This document shows, piece after piece, positions 36,601 through 47,137 of a stretch of DNA of 63,321 nt (positions are counted from its first letter, which is position 1; each line of letters begins with the position of its first letter). The stretch comes from an uncultured Clostridia bacterium. Lineage in GTDB: Bacteria; Bacillota; Clostridia; Christensenellales; UBA1242. A program made the translations under genes and the position numbers. The stretch covers positions 1 to 63,321 of the forward strand of contig CALWOW010000035.1 of assembly GCA_944383295.1 (NCBI GenBank), given 5' to 3'. The notes under the pieces were generated by a model that was not told the origin of the DNA, did not search any database, and saw nothing but the letters and a program-made list of their open reading frames with translations.

Positions 36601-39600
36601 GCATATTGCCCGCTTTGTCTTGCTCGATAATATCATAATAACCGACTTCATTTATGTATGTTAAACCTTCTGTTGAATCGTTTACTTTATATCTTGCTAT
36701 CTTGTAATTAGGGTTAGTAGGGTCAAATATGTTTGCAGCACCCGAACTACTTCCTGTTTGAGATTCAATTACAGTTTGTTGATTAGGATTTCCATTATAA
36801 TTTTCTCGTTTAAAGAAGTAATAATTTAATCCTGTTTCATACTCGTTTAAGTAACTTAATATAAAGTTTTTAGGTACAGCAAAGGCATAAGATTTCAAGA
36901 ATGTAACATCAGGGTTGTCGATATTATCAATTAGGTACTGTGTAAAATTATTTCCTTCACTATTTAAAGATTGTAGATAAATATCATTTTCAATTAAATT
37001 TACTAAATTTTGATATGGGGCAGTGTTATCTACATAAACAGTTTGTGTAGTTTGGAAATATGATGTATCGCCATTAACAATATAATCATTGTTATCCTTT
37101 GCAATATATTGAACTGTTGCAGTGTACTCGACATCGACTAATTTATCTCCATACAACGATTGATTTTCATATTCTGCTCTTGGCATTAAAATAAAGTAGT
37201 TGTAAACATCATTTATTTTAATTTTATAAAATTTAGTTTCGCTTAATACATTAGTTGTCATTGAAGCATTTAACAATTCATCAAAATCTTGAAGCGTAGG
37301 TCGATAAATAAATGTAACATTTTCAATTTCGCCATCGGTTGCAAGTAGTTTGTTGTATTCTTCTTCGTCGTAAGTAAGCAAAATAGGATTTTGGTAAATA
37401 TGGCTAGACTTGCTTAAACCTATACCTTCATTACCATCAGCATCTATTTTAGGATTGTTTTTTGTATAAATTGTTTTAGTGACCAAGACGCTATTAAATG
37501 CTATTTGAGCGCTATAATCATCTGTAGGGTCAGTCCAACTTATGCGCACATTCTTGTCGTTTGTAATATTGTTGTAGGTAGTATCTATATTTGTAAACGA
37601 ATTATCACCGCTTTGGAAGTTAAATGCAGGAGGTACACCTGTTATTTCAAAGTTGAATATTGTGCAGTTAGGGGATAAACTACTACTGTAAGTAAAACTA
37701 GCAAAGTCATAACTTGCATTACCTGTAAGCACGCCTTGGAAGTTTGCTAAATCAAATAACATTATGCGATATCTTCCAACGCCCTTAAATGCATATTGTA
37801 ATTTATCTAGTGATTGACAAGCATCAGTATCGGTTGAGTTTTTATAAACGTTGGAGTAGAAAGTTTGACTTGTATAAGCATAACTTGTACCTGTCGTGTG
37901 TCTAAAGAATTGCACTACAACTTGCAATCTCGACGAGTTGCGATATTTATCAAAAATACTATTTAAATACTGTGTTGCTTCACCGATAGTCAAATCGTTT
38001 GAAGGGGCAGTATAGTATTTGTCGTAAATACTTGCACTATTAGGGTCAGGGATTGCGCCTTCGCCACTATTCAAAACGCTTTCTTTCCAAGTGCTCATAT
38101 AAATACTTGCAGGTAAAATATTTGTATCAATAACAATATTAGAAGGTAGGGAAGGGTCACTTGTGTTTAAACCTAATTTAATACTTCCGTTAAAGGTATC
38201 AGTATTAGTAGTACGGCTAAATTGATTGAAATAATTGCCACCATAATCTGGATAACCTTCATATTCACCTTTATCGTATCCTAATTTTAATATTATGTCG
38301 CTTCCATAATCGCTTGTAGAACTTGGAATAATTGCGTTACGGTCTAAATAGTAAACATATTCTTTAACTTTAACATCACCGCCCGCTTCGGCACTGCCTT
38401 CTTCAAAATTATCATTGTAAGTACGAGTAATTACATACATACCTTCGGAACTAGCCGTTCCATTATTGAACGCTTGTACATAATCAATAGGTAACAATAC
38501 TTTAGTTTGATAATAAATTGCGCCGTCAGGTGAGTTTACAGTATAAAGCGCTGAATAGTTTTCTGTTAGACTATACAACACCGTTGTTGTACCTACATCA
38601 GCATAAGGATAGTTTTTATTTTCCTTGTTATACGAGAAAGGATAATAATTTAGGACAATACTTGAAATTTTAAAGTATTCTGCAGGCTCTGTCCAACTAA
38701 ATGTTATATATCTGCGATTAGTAGAGAAACTATTTGAAACAAGTTGTCTGTTGGTAGTGTTGCTTTCTGTTCTGCTAGAGGTGAGGTCTGTTCCAAAACT
38801 ATCTTCAAAAGAGTTGTAGCTATACAACGCCCCACGAGAACGGTCAAGGTTTACTTCAACTGTAAAACGTTCGTTATAGTTGCCAATAATATCACTAACA
38901 AGGAAAGTATAGCTAAATTGTTCATTAGTTAATTCGTGAAGTGGGTGGCTATTAGCATCTGGTTCTTTACCGTCAGGGTAAATTTGTGTTGTGTAAGGTT
39001 TGTTTGGTTCATCCACAGAAGGTGCATTTACTTTTACCACGGCATACCAGTTATGTGCCTTGTTTTCGCTATCAATATAAGGGACAATATTTGCATCATC
39101 TCTTGTATCCGAGTAAATTTCTACACGGTCAAGTTGGAATACAATGCTTTTTGTTTGTGAAATATTCATTGCGTTAAAGGCATTTTTAATAGTTTGACTA
39201 GCAGTATAAGTTTGATTTGATAAAGTCCAAGTGTAATCATTGTTTACAAAATCAAAGATATCGCTTATCGAACCGCTCACGCTTGCAACATCTGCTATAC
39301 TCAATGATTTATGAGTACCCCAATAGAAAGTCGTATCTTCAGTAATAATGTTTACAAAAGCTGTTTGTTGTGGCTTTTGCAAAATTTGAGTTTTAGTTGT
39401 GTCCAAAATTGTAGCAAAGATTTCAGTGTTTCCAGCTTCATCGGCAAGCAATAAAATAGCAAGTTGAGGTGAAGAAATTATTTGTGAAGATGCTAAAGGT
39501 GTATTGAAATTAGTTGGGTTTACCTTGTAATAATCAACAGGTGGGGTAAAACCGCCAAATTCTCCATTTGTTTTCATCAAAACAGCGCCGTTTTCAGCCA

Positions 39601-42052
39601 TTGCTGTCATCTGTGCAATATAACTATCCAAATCTATTTTGAAATCACTTATAGTTTGTAAACTTGAATAAATGTATTTTGCATAAATTTTTGCACCACT
39701 TTGTTTATCGTTCCAAGTCCAAGCAAAAGATTTGTTTGTTGCTAAATTAAATTCGTTTTCATCTTCGCTTAATTTTGATATTACAGTAGCATTGTTGTTG
39801 CTATCAGGCAAAAGTGATTTGCCAACAACTTCCAAAGCTGTTATCCCAGTAATAGGAGAAGTGTCTATTTGGAAAGTATGATTTACAAACGCATTTGGCG
39901 AATCATTGCGGAAAATTTGAATATGATAAGTACCATCGAGCCCAGCAACATTATTTAGAGTAACATTACTTCCGTAAAGTATAGTAGGTTTAGTTGGTGA
40001 AACATCAAAAGTTTCAGCAAGTCCCTTTTGATAAATTAAACCATTTAAAGTTTCTTCTTTTAGCAGATTGCTATTCCAATCATAAACTAAATATTTTGCG
40101 GTAATTTGTGCATCAAAAGGACCAGGTGCTTGCCATGAACAATACACATATTTATTTGTATAATCGTCCATATTCAAAACAGTTGCTGTACCATCTTGAA
40201 TTACTATATTATCAGGTGAGTCTGTAGCATAAACTTCTATTTGTGGTGTTGTGTTAGTGATTTCAAAGTAGAATAATTGATGATGGTATTGAGGATTTTT
40301 ACCATTGATTTCGGTTTGACCTGTTTCGTAAACTAGGTTTTCATAAGTCAAATAAACTATATACGTTCCTGCATTTTGGAATTGTAAGTTGCGTGTGTAA
40401 TTCTGTACAGTAATATTACCTAAACTGTCTTGATATGCGTACCAACTTGCAGAAGTTGCAATCAATTTACCATAAAATTCAAACAAAACAGGAGCAAGGT
40501 TGGTACTTGCTTTTTTTACTAATGTAGAGTTTAAATTAAATAAATTACTTGATGACGATGTATTGAATAATTTATTGTACAATTCTTCATTGCTAAGTGA
40601 CACGCCATATTCGTTATAAATTACATCATTCAAGGTTATTCCATCTTGATTTATGACCGATGTTTCATTTAAAAAACTAAAATCAGCAGTGTAAACAGTA
40701 TCCACAGGGGTAGGAGAGTTTACACTAATATTTACTTGCTCTGTATTTTGCGTTAAAAAATCATGAGCATAAATAACACTAGGAGTAGTTGTAGGGTTTT
40801 TCATTGCATTATATGCATAGGTATTATCATACAAGGCATCTGTTGTTGTGCGAGTGTCTGCATAACGTGCGGTATAACCATTGATAACTAATCTTTCACT
40901 TTTCAATAAATCTTGATTACTTGTAATGACTTCACCTTCAGCTAATTCGTAATCTGCAACATTGTTTATCATACCTGTACGCAAACGAGCGGTTTTGTTG
41001 ATAACATACTCACCAGCATTATCAAACTGTAAACAAATGGTATAATTTTCTACTCCTTTTTGAATACGGTAGGAGCGTGTGTTTGATAATCCTGTATTTG
41101 TGGTAGTAGAAACTATCAACTCACCATATTCAACGGCACCGTCCATTTTAGCAGTAAATGTTAGTTGTACATTTTCAACATAGTTGTAAAGGGTACGGGT
41201 GTAACTTATTTCGTATTTTTCAGGGTTATAAAACATTTGAGGATAGTATAGCTGGTCTTTATTAGCGGTAGCTCGTTTAATTTCATAGCCGTTTTCATCG
41301 TAAATAGTAGTAAAGTAGTTTGTAAAATTAAAATAATGCAACATTGAATTTTCTTGATTTTTAAGTGTAAATTTCTCTGTATCATTAAATGTTACACGCT
41401 CAAAAAGTGTAGAATAGGTGGTTTGTGTTGTTATGTAAATTGTATAAGTCCACGTAAATTGTTTACCAACGGTTTGGTCATAATATTGAATTGCTATGTC
41501 GTAGCGTCCCTCTGGTGTTTCAACTGCTGTGTTACTATCTGTGTCATAACGAGTTATATAATCGTCGTTTAACATAGGGTCATTTTCAGTTACTTGAGTA
41601 GGAGTAAGGGCGTGTAAATATTGAGTATATACAGGTAAATCTTCACTATCAGCATCATAATAATTGTGTGAAATTACCTTACCATTAAAGCGTAATTCAA
41701 TATTTTGTATTAGTGATACTCCACCAAATGAAATATAGACAGCTTCACGACCGACTTGCGTTTGCCCTAAATCATCATCATAAGTGTTCGCTTCGGTATT
41801 AAGCATTACAAACTGACCGTTAGCAATGTTTGTAGCTGTGCTTAAAATGTGGCGAACCTCTGTAGGTGAGTAGTCACTATCAGTTGAATAAGCATCAGGC
41901 AAAACTACTTTTTGTACAAAAATTGATGGTGTTTGTTCTGCGCTTACCTTTTGAAACGATTGCAAAAAAATAAATCCAAATAGACTAGTGCAAAGTAATG
42001 CTGTAAATAAAACCAAAAACACAGTCGTATTTCTTGATTTAAATTTGTTCAT
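33680..42052 (-). CDS. Giant single-pass surface protein (2790 aa), probably tandem Ig-like domains
   Basis: Cleavable-looking signal peptide (...QKVSA/EQ), recurring D-x-x-G-N-type strand motifs (DEAGN, DKAGN, DIIGN, DNFGR, DAVGQ), and a C-terminal TM with basic tail RTRMKVR; no LPxTG. Confidence 0.75.
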   Translation of the reverse strand: MNKFKSRNTTVFLVLFTALLCTSLFGFIFLQSFQKVSAEQTPSIFVQKVVLPDAYSTDSDYSPTEVRHILSTATNIANGQFVMLNTEANTYDDDLGQTQVGREAVYISFGGVSLIQNIELRFNGKVISHNYYDADSEDLPVYTQYLHALTPTQVTENDPMLNDDYITRYDTDSNTAVETPEGRYDIAIQYYDQTVGKQFTWTYTIYITTQTTYSTLFERVTFNDTEKFTLKNQENSMLHYFNFTNYFTTIYDENGYEIKRATANKDQLYYPQMFYNPEKYEISYTRTLYNYVENVQLTFTAKMDGAVEYGELIVSTTTNTGLSNTRSYRIQKGVENYTICLQFDNAGEYVINKTARLRTGMINNVADYELAEGEVITSNQDLLKSERLVINGYTARYADTRTTTDALYDNTYAYNAMKNPTTTPSVIYAHDFLTQNTEQVNISVNSPTPVDTVYTADFSFLNETSVINQDGITLNDVIYNEYGVSLSNEELYNKLFNTSSSSNLFNLNSTLVKKASTNLAPVLFEFYGKLIATSASWYAYQDSLGNITVQNYTRNLQFQNAGTYIVYLTYENLVYETGQTEINGKNPQYHHQLFYFEITNTTPQIEVYATDSPDNIVIQDGTATVLNMDDYTNKYVYCSWQAPGPFDAQITAKYLVYDWNSNLLKEETLNGLIYQKGLAETFDVSPTKPTILYGSNVTLNNVAGLDGTYHIQIFRNDSPNAFVNHTFQIDTSPITGITALEVVGKSLLPDSNNNATVISKLSEDENEFNLATNKSFAWTWNDKQSGAKIYAKYIYSSLQTISDFKIDLDSYIAQMTAMAENGAVLMKTNGEFGGFTPPVDYYKVNPTNFNTPLASSQIISSPQLAILLLADEAGNTEIFATILDTTKTQILQKPQQTAFVNIITEDTTFYWGTHKSLSIADVASVSGSISDIFDFVNNDYTWTLSNQTYTASQTIKNAFNAMNISQTKSIVFQLDRVEIYSDTRDDANIVPYIDSENKAHNWYAVVKVNAPSVDEPNKPYTTQIYPDGKEPDANSHPLHELTNEQFSYTFLVSDIIGNYNERFTVEVNLDRSRGALYSYNSFEDSFGTDLTSSRTESNTTNRQLVSNSFSTNRRYITFSWTEPAEYFKISSIVLNYYPFSYNKENKNYPYADVGTTTVLYSLTENYSALYTVNSPDGAIYYQTKVLLPIDYVQAFNNGTASSEGMYVITRTYNDNFEEGSAEAGGDVKVKEYVYYLDRNAIIPSSTSDYGSDIILKLGYDKGEYEGYPDYGGNYFNQFSRTTNTDTFNGSIKLGLNTSDPSLPSNIVIDTNILPASIYMSTWKESVLNSGEGAIPDPNSASIYDKYYTAPSNDLTIGEATQYLNSIFDKYRNSSRLQVVVQFFRHTTGTSYAYTSQTFYSNVYKNSTDTDACQSLDKLQYAFKGVGRYRIMLFDLANFQGVLTGNASYDFASFTYSSSLSPNCTIFNFEITGVPPAFNFQSGDNSFTNIDTTYNNITNDKNVRISWTDPTDDYSAQIAFNSVLVTKTIYTKNNPKIDADGNEGIGLSKSSHIYQNPILLTYDEEEYNKLLATDGEIENVTFIYRPTLQDFDELLNASMTTNVLSETKFYKIKINDVYNYFILMPRAEYENQSLYGDKLVDVEYTATVQYIAKDNNDYIVNGDTSYFQTTQTVYVDNTAPYQNLVNLIENDIYLQSLNSEGNNFTQYLIDNIDNPDVTFLKSYAFAVPKNFILSYLNEYETGLNYYFFKRENYNGNPNQQTVIESQTGSSSGAANIFDPTNPNYKIARYKVNDSTEGLTYINEVGYYDIIEQDKAGNMRVYTVYVTDSINEINASIGDQHYIFNTNINDGTVVYNNNNVYYTKDAKKVFNSEAFRVETISNADTWLRFTFKDLMNQTEKTYYLAPENTLSNVSMFKGTLLTSLADIVTELNAFIEKTAQENFDKYGSQIQVTIDDRIDSSNNINFYINTPGLELVPNADAFLQLITINADNTFTIKLPSTTLSTKIVAFRVYLNGALQSTDSKLTPLPTKESDFDAPSIANGFIFNLSSGSNIIYKFEFVDNFGRTTSFSYPIDSSIVKYLEYSGATTEQTYDGKLYTYTSSETKFVYDSNALRIQLSITDLDTNTVLYTNVAGDIIQDLDTNSQYFGYEFDDWTQSITTLTFRAPININYLINISVDNYTDTATNYSFIIYTHFPRIALTDTAGSPLLNQVTSKSVLISWVDVDALFSPYVTLVSPNGVETVITSPTTVEAEGVYTVNLYNSLGKFVSGSQTFTIRSYAVAIYGVNQINSDNTTTPLTPHSVDYSCTILGVNYTMPHYFFLSSDRVWSRTIEIICNEDKGLSYRQIAEFGNTRVYNVYGTTTHIISTYFAVTRIPSDNISSSTDFRINGETMTTELKNIYTKETDTETAKATLTWKTTYEDNSVVESDTYDYIYADFYNLELWYNGVKVGVYTNGSITLTQSGIYKIRIYDAVGQNQYFGSGYNEFTLTIINDVVFYVNNLAPIQYATYSQPVDIYIPLTFSGDLSEYDSMAVTITRNNVEYSLAPTNGHYIFTEPGVYNVSMRGSIKSIVGTNSADLLANYQFTLLSSTEALASYEFASMTGYEVIKIVRSGTDITDLVRGDNAKIYTFYVDPDNFGVGRYEVTVRYAGSGYNPSQDYTFNFWINNEEPIINTSRSWGSSGTGSFTITINPASIYERVGDCFLVVNNTQVLAINAENGSNIEPLIFTYSDPNVYVIQLQSASGNILTSNRITITVPLNTAAIILIVVAVVVVIGLIITFVLMRTRMKVR

Positions 42053-42261
42053 TTTTTAATGTCCCCCTTTTTTATGCCCGAAAATTAAGTCCACAAATAA
42101 AACAATTTTATAATAATTATTTTATCAAATTGTTATAAAAAAAACAAATGATTATCGCTAATAAATGACATTTTTTGCAAAATTAAGCACAAAATATAGT
42201 TTGCAAATATTTTTTGTTTTTTTAATAAAAAAATACATAAAGTGTCTAAATGTAAAGAAAA

Positions 42262-42295
42262 ATAAAATCAGCCCTTAAAGTAAGACTGATTTTAT
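42262..42295 (-). terminator. Intrinsic terminator downstream of virD4
   Basis: ATAAAATCAGCCCT / AGACTGATTTTAT imperfect hairpin just after the virD4 stop. Confidence 0.6.
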
Positions 42296-42305
42296 AAATT
42301 TTAAG

Positions 42306-44264
42306 TTAAAAACTGTCAAAATCATTGACATTTAAGACGATTTTGTTGCGTTGCTTAATATCATAGAAAACACGCTCTTCATCAAGTGTCTTCGGTATAA
42401 CATAAGCATCGGAAACAGGGGAAAGGTTATAAATATGATTTGCTTTGTAAGAGAATGTAAATGTACTACGTAATGCCTTTTCTTTAAACATTGATACAAT
42501 CATTTCTCCTTCCTTTAAATATCCCAATTCGTCAGGAGTAATCAAAGCACGACTAACTTTTTGAACATTAGTAGATTTAGTTGTATCACCTTTTGATTTA
42601 CTTTCGCTAGTTGATTTTGATTCTACACTAGTTTGGCCACAACGAGTACTAAATTCTTCTTTAGTCTTTTGATTTTCTGTACCCAAAAAGATGTGTACGT
42701 TACAGTTAGATTTTATAACTTCCGCTATTGATTCGCCGTAGTTTATAGTAATTTGCGCATAGTCTTGGACAACCAATAACAAACAAATACCTATACCACG
42801 AGATACTGTAATCATTGCATCAAGATTTTGAATTTTAGGCATGTTAGCAAATTCATCCATTACATAATAAACATGGCGAGGTAATGCTCTATTTTCTTTT
42901 GTTGATTTCTCAACTAAAGTTTTATACAAACTTATTATCAAAAGTTGAGCGATAGGGTGACGTGTTTTCTTTTCAAAAGGAACTTTTATAAATAGGGCGG
43001 TTGGTCTATCCGCAAAGTGAGAGAAGTCCATTTCATCGGCGCTAGTTGCATAGCAAACACCACTATCAGCAAATACGTTTACAGCATTCGCAATCATACC
43101 AAAGAAGCTTCTTGCTGTTAAAGGCGAGTTGTTTACAATAGGTCCAGCAAGGGTAACGGCGGTACTTAATTTGTTTCTACCTTGAACATATTTTTGTAAA
43201 GTGCCATATTGTTTGTCTGGGTCAGGGTCTTTTGTATTACATACTTTATATAAATTAAAGAAGTTGTATTTTTCTTCTGTCATTCCTAATCTTGGGTCGG
43301 CAGAATCTTCTAGCATACACAACAACATACCCAAAATAAAGTCTTGCGCACCTTGTTGCCACGATGCATCATTTGTACCTTCAGCAACGGGACAAAGAGT
43401 AATAGCAATATCTTTTAAGTCGTCAAAAGCAGAGTCCATAAGTTGTTTTTTCGTTGCGTTTAATTGACGTTCGATTGATTCACGGTTAGGGTGGGCAACT
43501 CCTTCAAATTCATACCATTCATTATTGTAAACATCAGCGATTATCTTTAAACCACAATCTGCAGGGTTTTGGTTGCGGTGTATATAAACTTCTTTTTTAA
43601 GATTTAATGCACGTTGATAGTTTCTAAAAGGTTTTGTCATAGGATTCCAACGAGTACTAGCAAAAGGATTACGCAAGTCAAAAGACATTACTTCATATCC
43701 TTCTTGAACTAATTTGTTGTAGTGGTCACGATACAATTCACCCTTAACATCAGTGATAACCAAACTTGGTTTTGAGGCGGTACTACTTAAAATTTGAATG
43801 GTAGGGTTGATAAAACCTGCTGTTTTACCACTACCGGTAGTACCTATTACCAAAGTATGCCAAACTTGGTGTAAAAGATTTACTTTGATACCGTTTCCCG
43901 TTAATTGAGCTCTAATTGGTACACCATCTTTATGATTTTTTAAATCTCTAAAATAGCATCCGTCATATTTTTTATCTAATTCTTTTTCAGTAAGCCATTC
44001 GGAATCAAAAAACTGGTCTTTAGGTTTTTTATTGCCCTTGCTTTTGCCATCTTTTACCAAAGGCTTTCCATCTGCCGCTTTTAATAAAGCATATATTATA
44101 AAGCCAAGCATAAATAGAGCAAAGAACGCCCATGAGTAGCCACCGACAATTCCTTCCACAGTTACAGAACCTGTTTCTAGCAGTGAACCTACCACACAAG
44201 ATATTGCAAAACTCAAAATAGCAATAATTACAAAAATGATTAGATATTTGCCAAATTTATTCAT
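42306..44264 (-). CDS. virD4: Type IV coupling protein VirD4/TraG
   Basis: GGAGG RBS before ATG 44264. Two N-terminal TMs, Walker A HTLVIGTTGSGKT, SLVITDVKGELY, RWNP, Walker B YVMDEFANM, and LLVVQDYAQI...YG...IKSNC motifs. Confidence 0.93.
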   Translation of the reverse strand: MNKFGKYLIIFVIIAILSFAISCVVGSLLETGSVTVEGIVGGYSWAFFALFMLGFIIYALLKAADGKPLVKDGKSKGNKKPKDQFFDSEWLTEKELDKKYDGCYFRDLKNHKDGVPIRAQLTGNGIKVNLLHQVWHTLVIGTTGSGKTAGFINPTIQILSSTASKPSLVITDVKGELYRDHYNKLVQEGYEVMSFDLRNPFASTRWNPMTKPFRNYQRALNLKKEVYIHRNQNPADCGLKIIADVYNNEWYEFEGVAHPNRESIERQLNATKKQLMDSAFDDLKDIAITLCPVAEGTNDASWQQGAQDFILGMLLCMLEDSADPRLGMTEEKYNFFNLYKVCNTKDPDPDKQYGTLQKYVQGRNKLSTAVTLAGPIVNNSPLTARSFFGMIANAVNVFADSGVCYATSADEMDFSHFADRPTALFIKVPFEKKTRHPIAQLLIISLYKTLVEKSTKENRALPRHVYYVMDEFANMPKIQNLDAMITVSRGIGICLLLVVQDYAQITINYGESIAEVIKSNCNVHIFLGTENQKTKEEFSTRCGQTSVESKSTSESKSKGDTTKSTNVQKVSRALITPDELGYLKEGEMIVSMFKEKALRSTFTFSYKANHIYNLSPVSDAYVIPKTLDEERVFYDIKQRNKIVLNVNDFDSF

Positions 44265-44525
44265 TTTATCCTCCGTTTGTAAAAAAAATGACATTAATTT
44301 TCACAATTCTTTAGATATTTTTGTCAAAAACTTTAAAAAAATTTAAAATTTCTTAAAAATTGTACTTAATTAATTTGCTTTTGTCAAATTTATTTGGTAA
44401 TATATTTTTATAAATTTGTGTTTGCTTGATATTTTTTACTTAATTTTTCAAGTTTACGTATATTTTTCAATTCCAAGCAAAACATAATTTAAAATCAAAT
44501 CAAAAATATCGGAGGTATTTGATTA

Positions 44526-44903
44526 ATGAACTCATTATTGTTTCAAGCAGCCAATACTTTGATGCAAGGCTTTACAGGGAATACTCCATTAGGTGCAAAT
44601 GAACATGTAGATTTGGAAACAGATCCACAATGGAAGTGGGTGTCGGAAGTTGTTGATGCTATAAACACAGTTTTGTATCCTATCTTGATATTGGTTGGAA
44701 CAGCAGGTGTTATTTACGCTGTTGTGCTTGGTGTTAAGTTAGCTCGTGCTGAAAGTTCAGATCAACAACAAGAGGCAAAGAAACGTATGATTAACTTTAT
44801 CATTGGTTTAGTTAGTATTATAGCGTTGATTTTGTTGTTAAAGTTATTCTGTACTTATTTGCCAGAGTGGCTTCCAAAAATTGAAGTTTCATCTAATTCA
44901 TAA
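44526..44903 (+). CDS. Pilin-like protein (VirB2/TrbC-like)
   Basis: GGAGG RBS. 125 aa with two hydrophobic helices around a charged loop (LARAESSDQQQEAKKRMINFIIG), the typical VirB2-like layout, beside T4SS ATPases. Confidence 0.75.
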   Translation: MNSLLFQAANTLMQGFTGNTPLGANEHVDLETDPQWKWVSEVVDAINTVLYPILILVGTAGVIYAVVLGVKLARAESSDQQQEAKKRMINFIIGLVSIIALILLLKLFCTYLPEWLPKIEVSSNS

Positions 44904-44933
44904 TTAATGGCTTGTAAAATTTAAGTATAAAAT

Positions 44934-44980
44934 AAAGTTGATAGTAGATAGTTTAGCACTATCGACTGTCAACTTTTTTT
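44934..44980 (+). terminator. Long intrinsic terminator after the pilin gene
   Basis: AAAGTTGATAGT-A-GATAGT-ttagc-ACTATC-G-ACTGTCAACTTT followed by Ts. Confidence 0.8.
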
Positions 44981-45110
44981 GTTTTTGTTATGTTACTTTG
45001 AAATGCGCTACTTTTAAAGAATAAATATAACCTTTGATAAACTAATTTGTAATTTAAAATAAAATAGATGTCATCAAAACTTATATTGGTGGCAAAAATG
45101 GAGAAGATTA

Positions 45111-46997
45111 ATGCAAAAAAACTCTTTTATAGGTGTTTTGCTTGCTGTGGTTTTGTGCTTTGGTGGTTGTAGTTGGTTCGGTGGGGGTACTACTTTGCCA
45201 AGTGGAGATGGTGATAATATAGGATATAATGATGACCGAGTGCAGACAGGTGAAACTACTATACCTTCACTTGACTATGATAGCGAAGAAAGCGAAAAGC
45301 AAGAATTAGAACAACGTACAGCAGTTACGCAAGGAGTAAGGGCAACCTATACTCCAAAGGCAGGAGAAAAGACTGATGATGCTGTTTTGCAAGCAGATAG
45401 GGACAAATTTGACGAAAACGCAAGTTATCAGTATGAACTTGTAGCGAAAACAATTTTGTATTATTTGGTTGGCAATTATGGGTATGTTGACGGAAATTCT
45501 GGCGAAACAATGATTTATGAATTTTATGCTGATACTTCGCTACTACCTAGCGGAGATTTAACAAGTTTGGAAATTTCGTTAAATGAAGTAAAACCATATC
45601 AAGCTAACGACGTTCGTTTGAGTGGTTGGGATAATGCTATTGAACAACAAATCACGGGGCTTAGCGGTACTTATGATACAAACACAAAGCAATGGTCGGT
45701 AGAACGTACTTATTCAAGTGACTACAAATGGAATTTTAGTTTAAATACTAGCACAAACTCAAATTACAATTCTTTGTTTATAGAAACATTTACTCCATAC
45801 ATTCAATTAAATTTAATGGAATATTTTATTTTAGGTGAAAACAATGTTACGCCATTTAGCACAATGTTGGGATATGGACCATCTCAAATTCAGTATATGA
45901 TAGATGAATTAGTTTTAAAAATTGATAAATTAGGAATTGAGGCAAATCAAGATTATGCCGATTTTTTAAAATCATATATAACAAATACCGTTATAGGTGC
46001 AAATGCATACAATCGTGAAACTCAAACCTTTAACTATAACGAACCTAGTTATACATATACGGTAGAAAAAGAACCTTTCGACCCAGAAAACCCTGAATAC
46101 GAAGAAATAACTGTTTATTATGATATGGATAACAATTCCGCTACAACTTCAATTTCAACAAATAACTGGTATAAATATGATTATGCTTCCACAATACAAC
46201 AAATAGTTGAATATGTTGCAGGTACTTACGATGCGGAAGGGCAGGAGATAACTCCAGCAATTTCAAAAAATTTTCCTACATATACAAGGCTTGAAATTAC
46301 AGATGTTTCGCCAAATTTGTTTTTTTCGAGTGGTACGACTGAAAATGATATCAAAAAATTAAACAATATGGATTACAAAGAGTATCAAAGTGTCGTGTGG
46401 TATCCTGATGGAATTATTACTTATGATAAAGATATGAATGTTCAAATTAATAACGATTTGAAGAAATGGCAATTTAATTGCGCTTATTTATATATTGATT
46501 CAAAGGAAAACATTACTTTAGATGTATATATGCGTCTTCATATAGCAGGTGAAAATCAAATAAAACACGTTGGAAGATATTTTACTGATATTACGCAGAG
46601 CTATGACTCAAACGGACAAACTTTAGATGAAAAAGGGAATTTTACAGATGAATCTTATTTTTCGGAAAAACAAATGAATTCGATGTTAATATTTACTCCT
46701 TATTTCTTTGGTGATGACTGTGTAATTTCAAATGATGGTGTTGAAAATAGCGCTACAAAGACATTTTATGCGGATGATAATGCTTATAAAAATACTTTTG
46801 CTGGCAAATTAGGTAGTAGTGTGGCTTTTGGACAAGAATTAGTCGTTACAAATCATTTTGGTGAAGAAGTTGATTTATCAATGTATAATTTATGTGCTGA
46901 TGAATGTGATTTTGTTGAATTAATCTTTGTTCCACAAAAAACTGATAGCACTCAAGATTGTTCATTCAAATTTATGATAAAAGACATCTTGTTATAA
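45111..46997 (+). CDS. Acidic lipoprotein of unknown function within the T4SS cluster, 628 aa
   Basis: Signal peptide with lipobox FGG-C20; lies between the pilin and the VirB6-like gene. Confidence 0.7.
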   Translation: MQKNSFIGVLLAVVLCFGGCSWFGGGTTLPSGDGDNIGYNDDRVQTGETTIPSLDYDSEESEKQELEQRTAVTQGVRATYTPKAGEKTDDAVLQADRDKFDENASYQYELVAKTILYYLVGNYGYVDGNSGETMIYEFYADTSLLPSGDLTSLEISLNEVKPYQANDVRLSGWDNAIEQQITGLSGTYDTNTKQWSVERTYSSDYKWNFSLNTSTNSNYNSLFIETFTPYIQLNLMEYFILGENNVTPFSTMLGYGPSQIQYMIDELVLKIDKLGIEANQDYADFLKSYITNTVIGANAYNRETQTFNYNEPSYTYTVEKEPFDPENPEYEEITVYYDMDNNSATTSISTNNWYKYDYASTIQQIVEYVAGTYDAEGQEITPAISKNFPTYTRLEITDVSPNLFFSSGTTENDIKKLNNMDYKEYQSVVWYPDGIITYDKDMNVQINNDLKKWQFNCAYLYIDSKENITLDVYMRLHIAGENQIKHVGRYFTDITQSYDSNGQTLDEKGNFTDESYFSEKQMNSMLIFTPYFFGDDCVISNDGVENSATKTFYADDNAYKNTFAGKLGSSVAFGQELVVTNHFGEEVDLSMYNLCADECDFVELIFVPQKTDSTQDCSFKFMIKDILL

Positions 46998-47137
46998 CTT
47001 ATAATTTTAATAAAAAGCATTTATTTTGTAAATTTTATTAAAAATTTTGTTATTTAAGATAATTTAATAATATTTCTAAAATTTTTACTTAAAATAAAAT
47101 TAAAATAAAAAAATCTACATTTTTAGCCGTATCTTAC

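Noticed and set aside
44318-44388. Two TTTTGTCAAA motifs in the virD4/pilin divergent spacer as operator sites
   Set aside because: Equally explained as -35 hexamers (TTGACA/TTGTCA) in very AT-rich DNA; too little information content.
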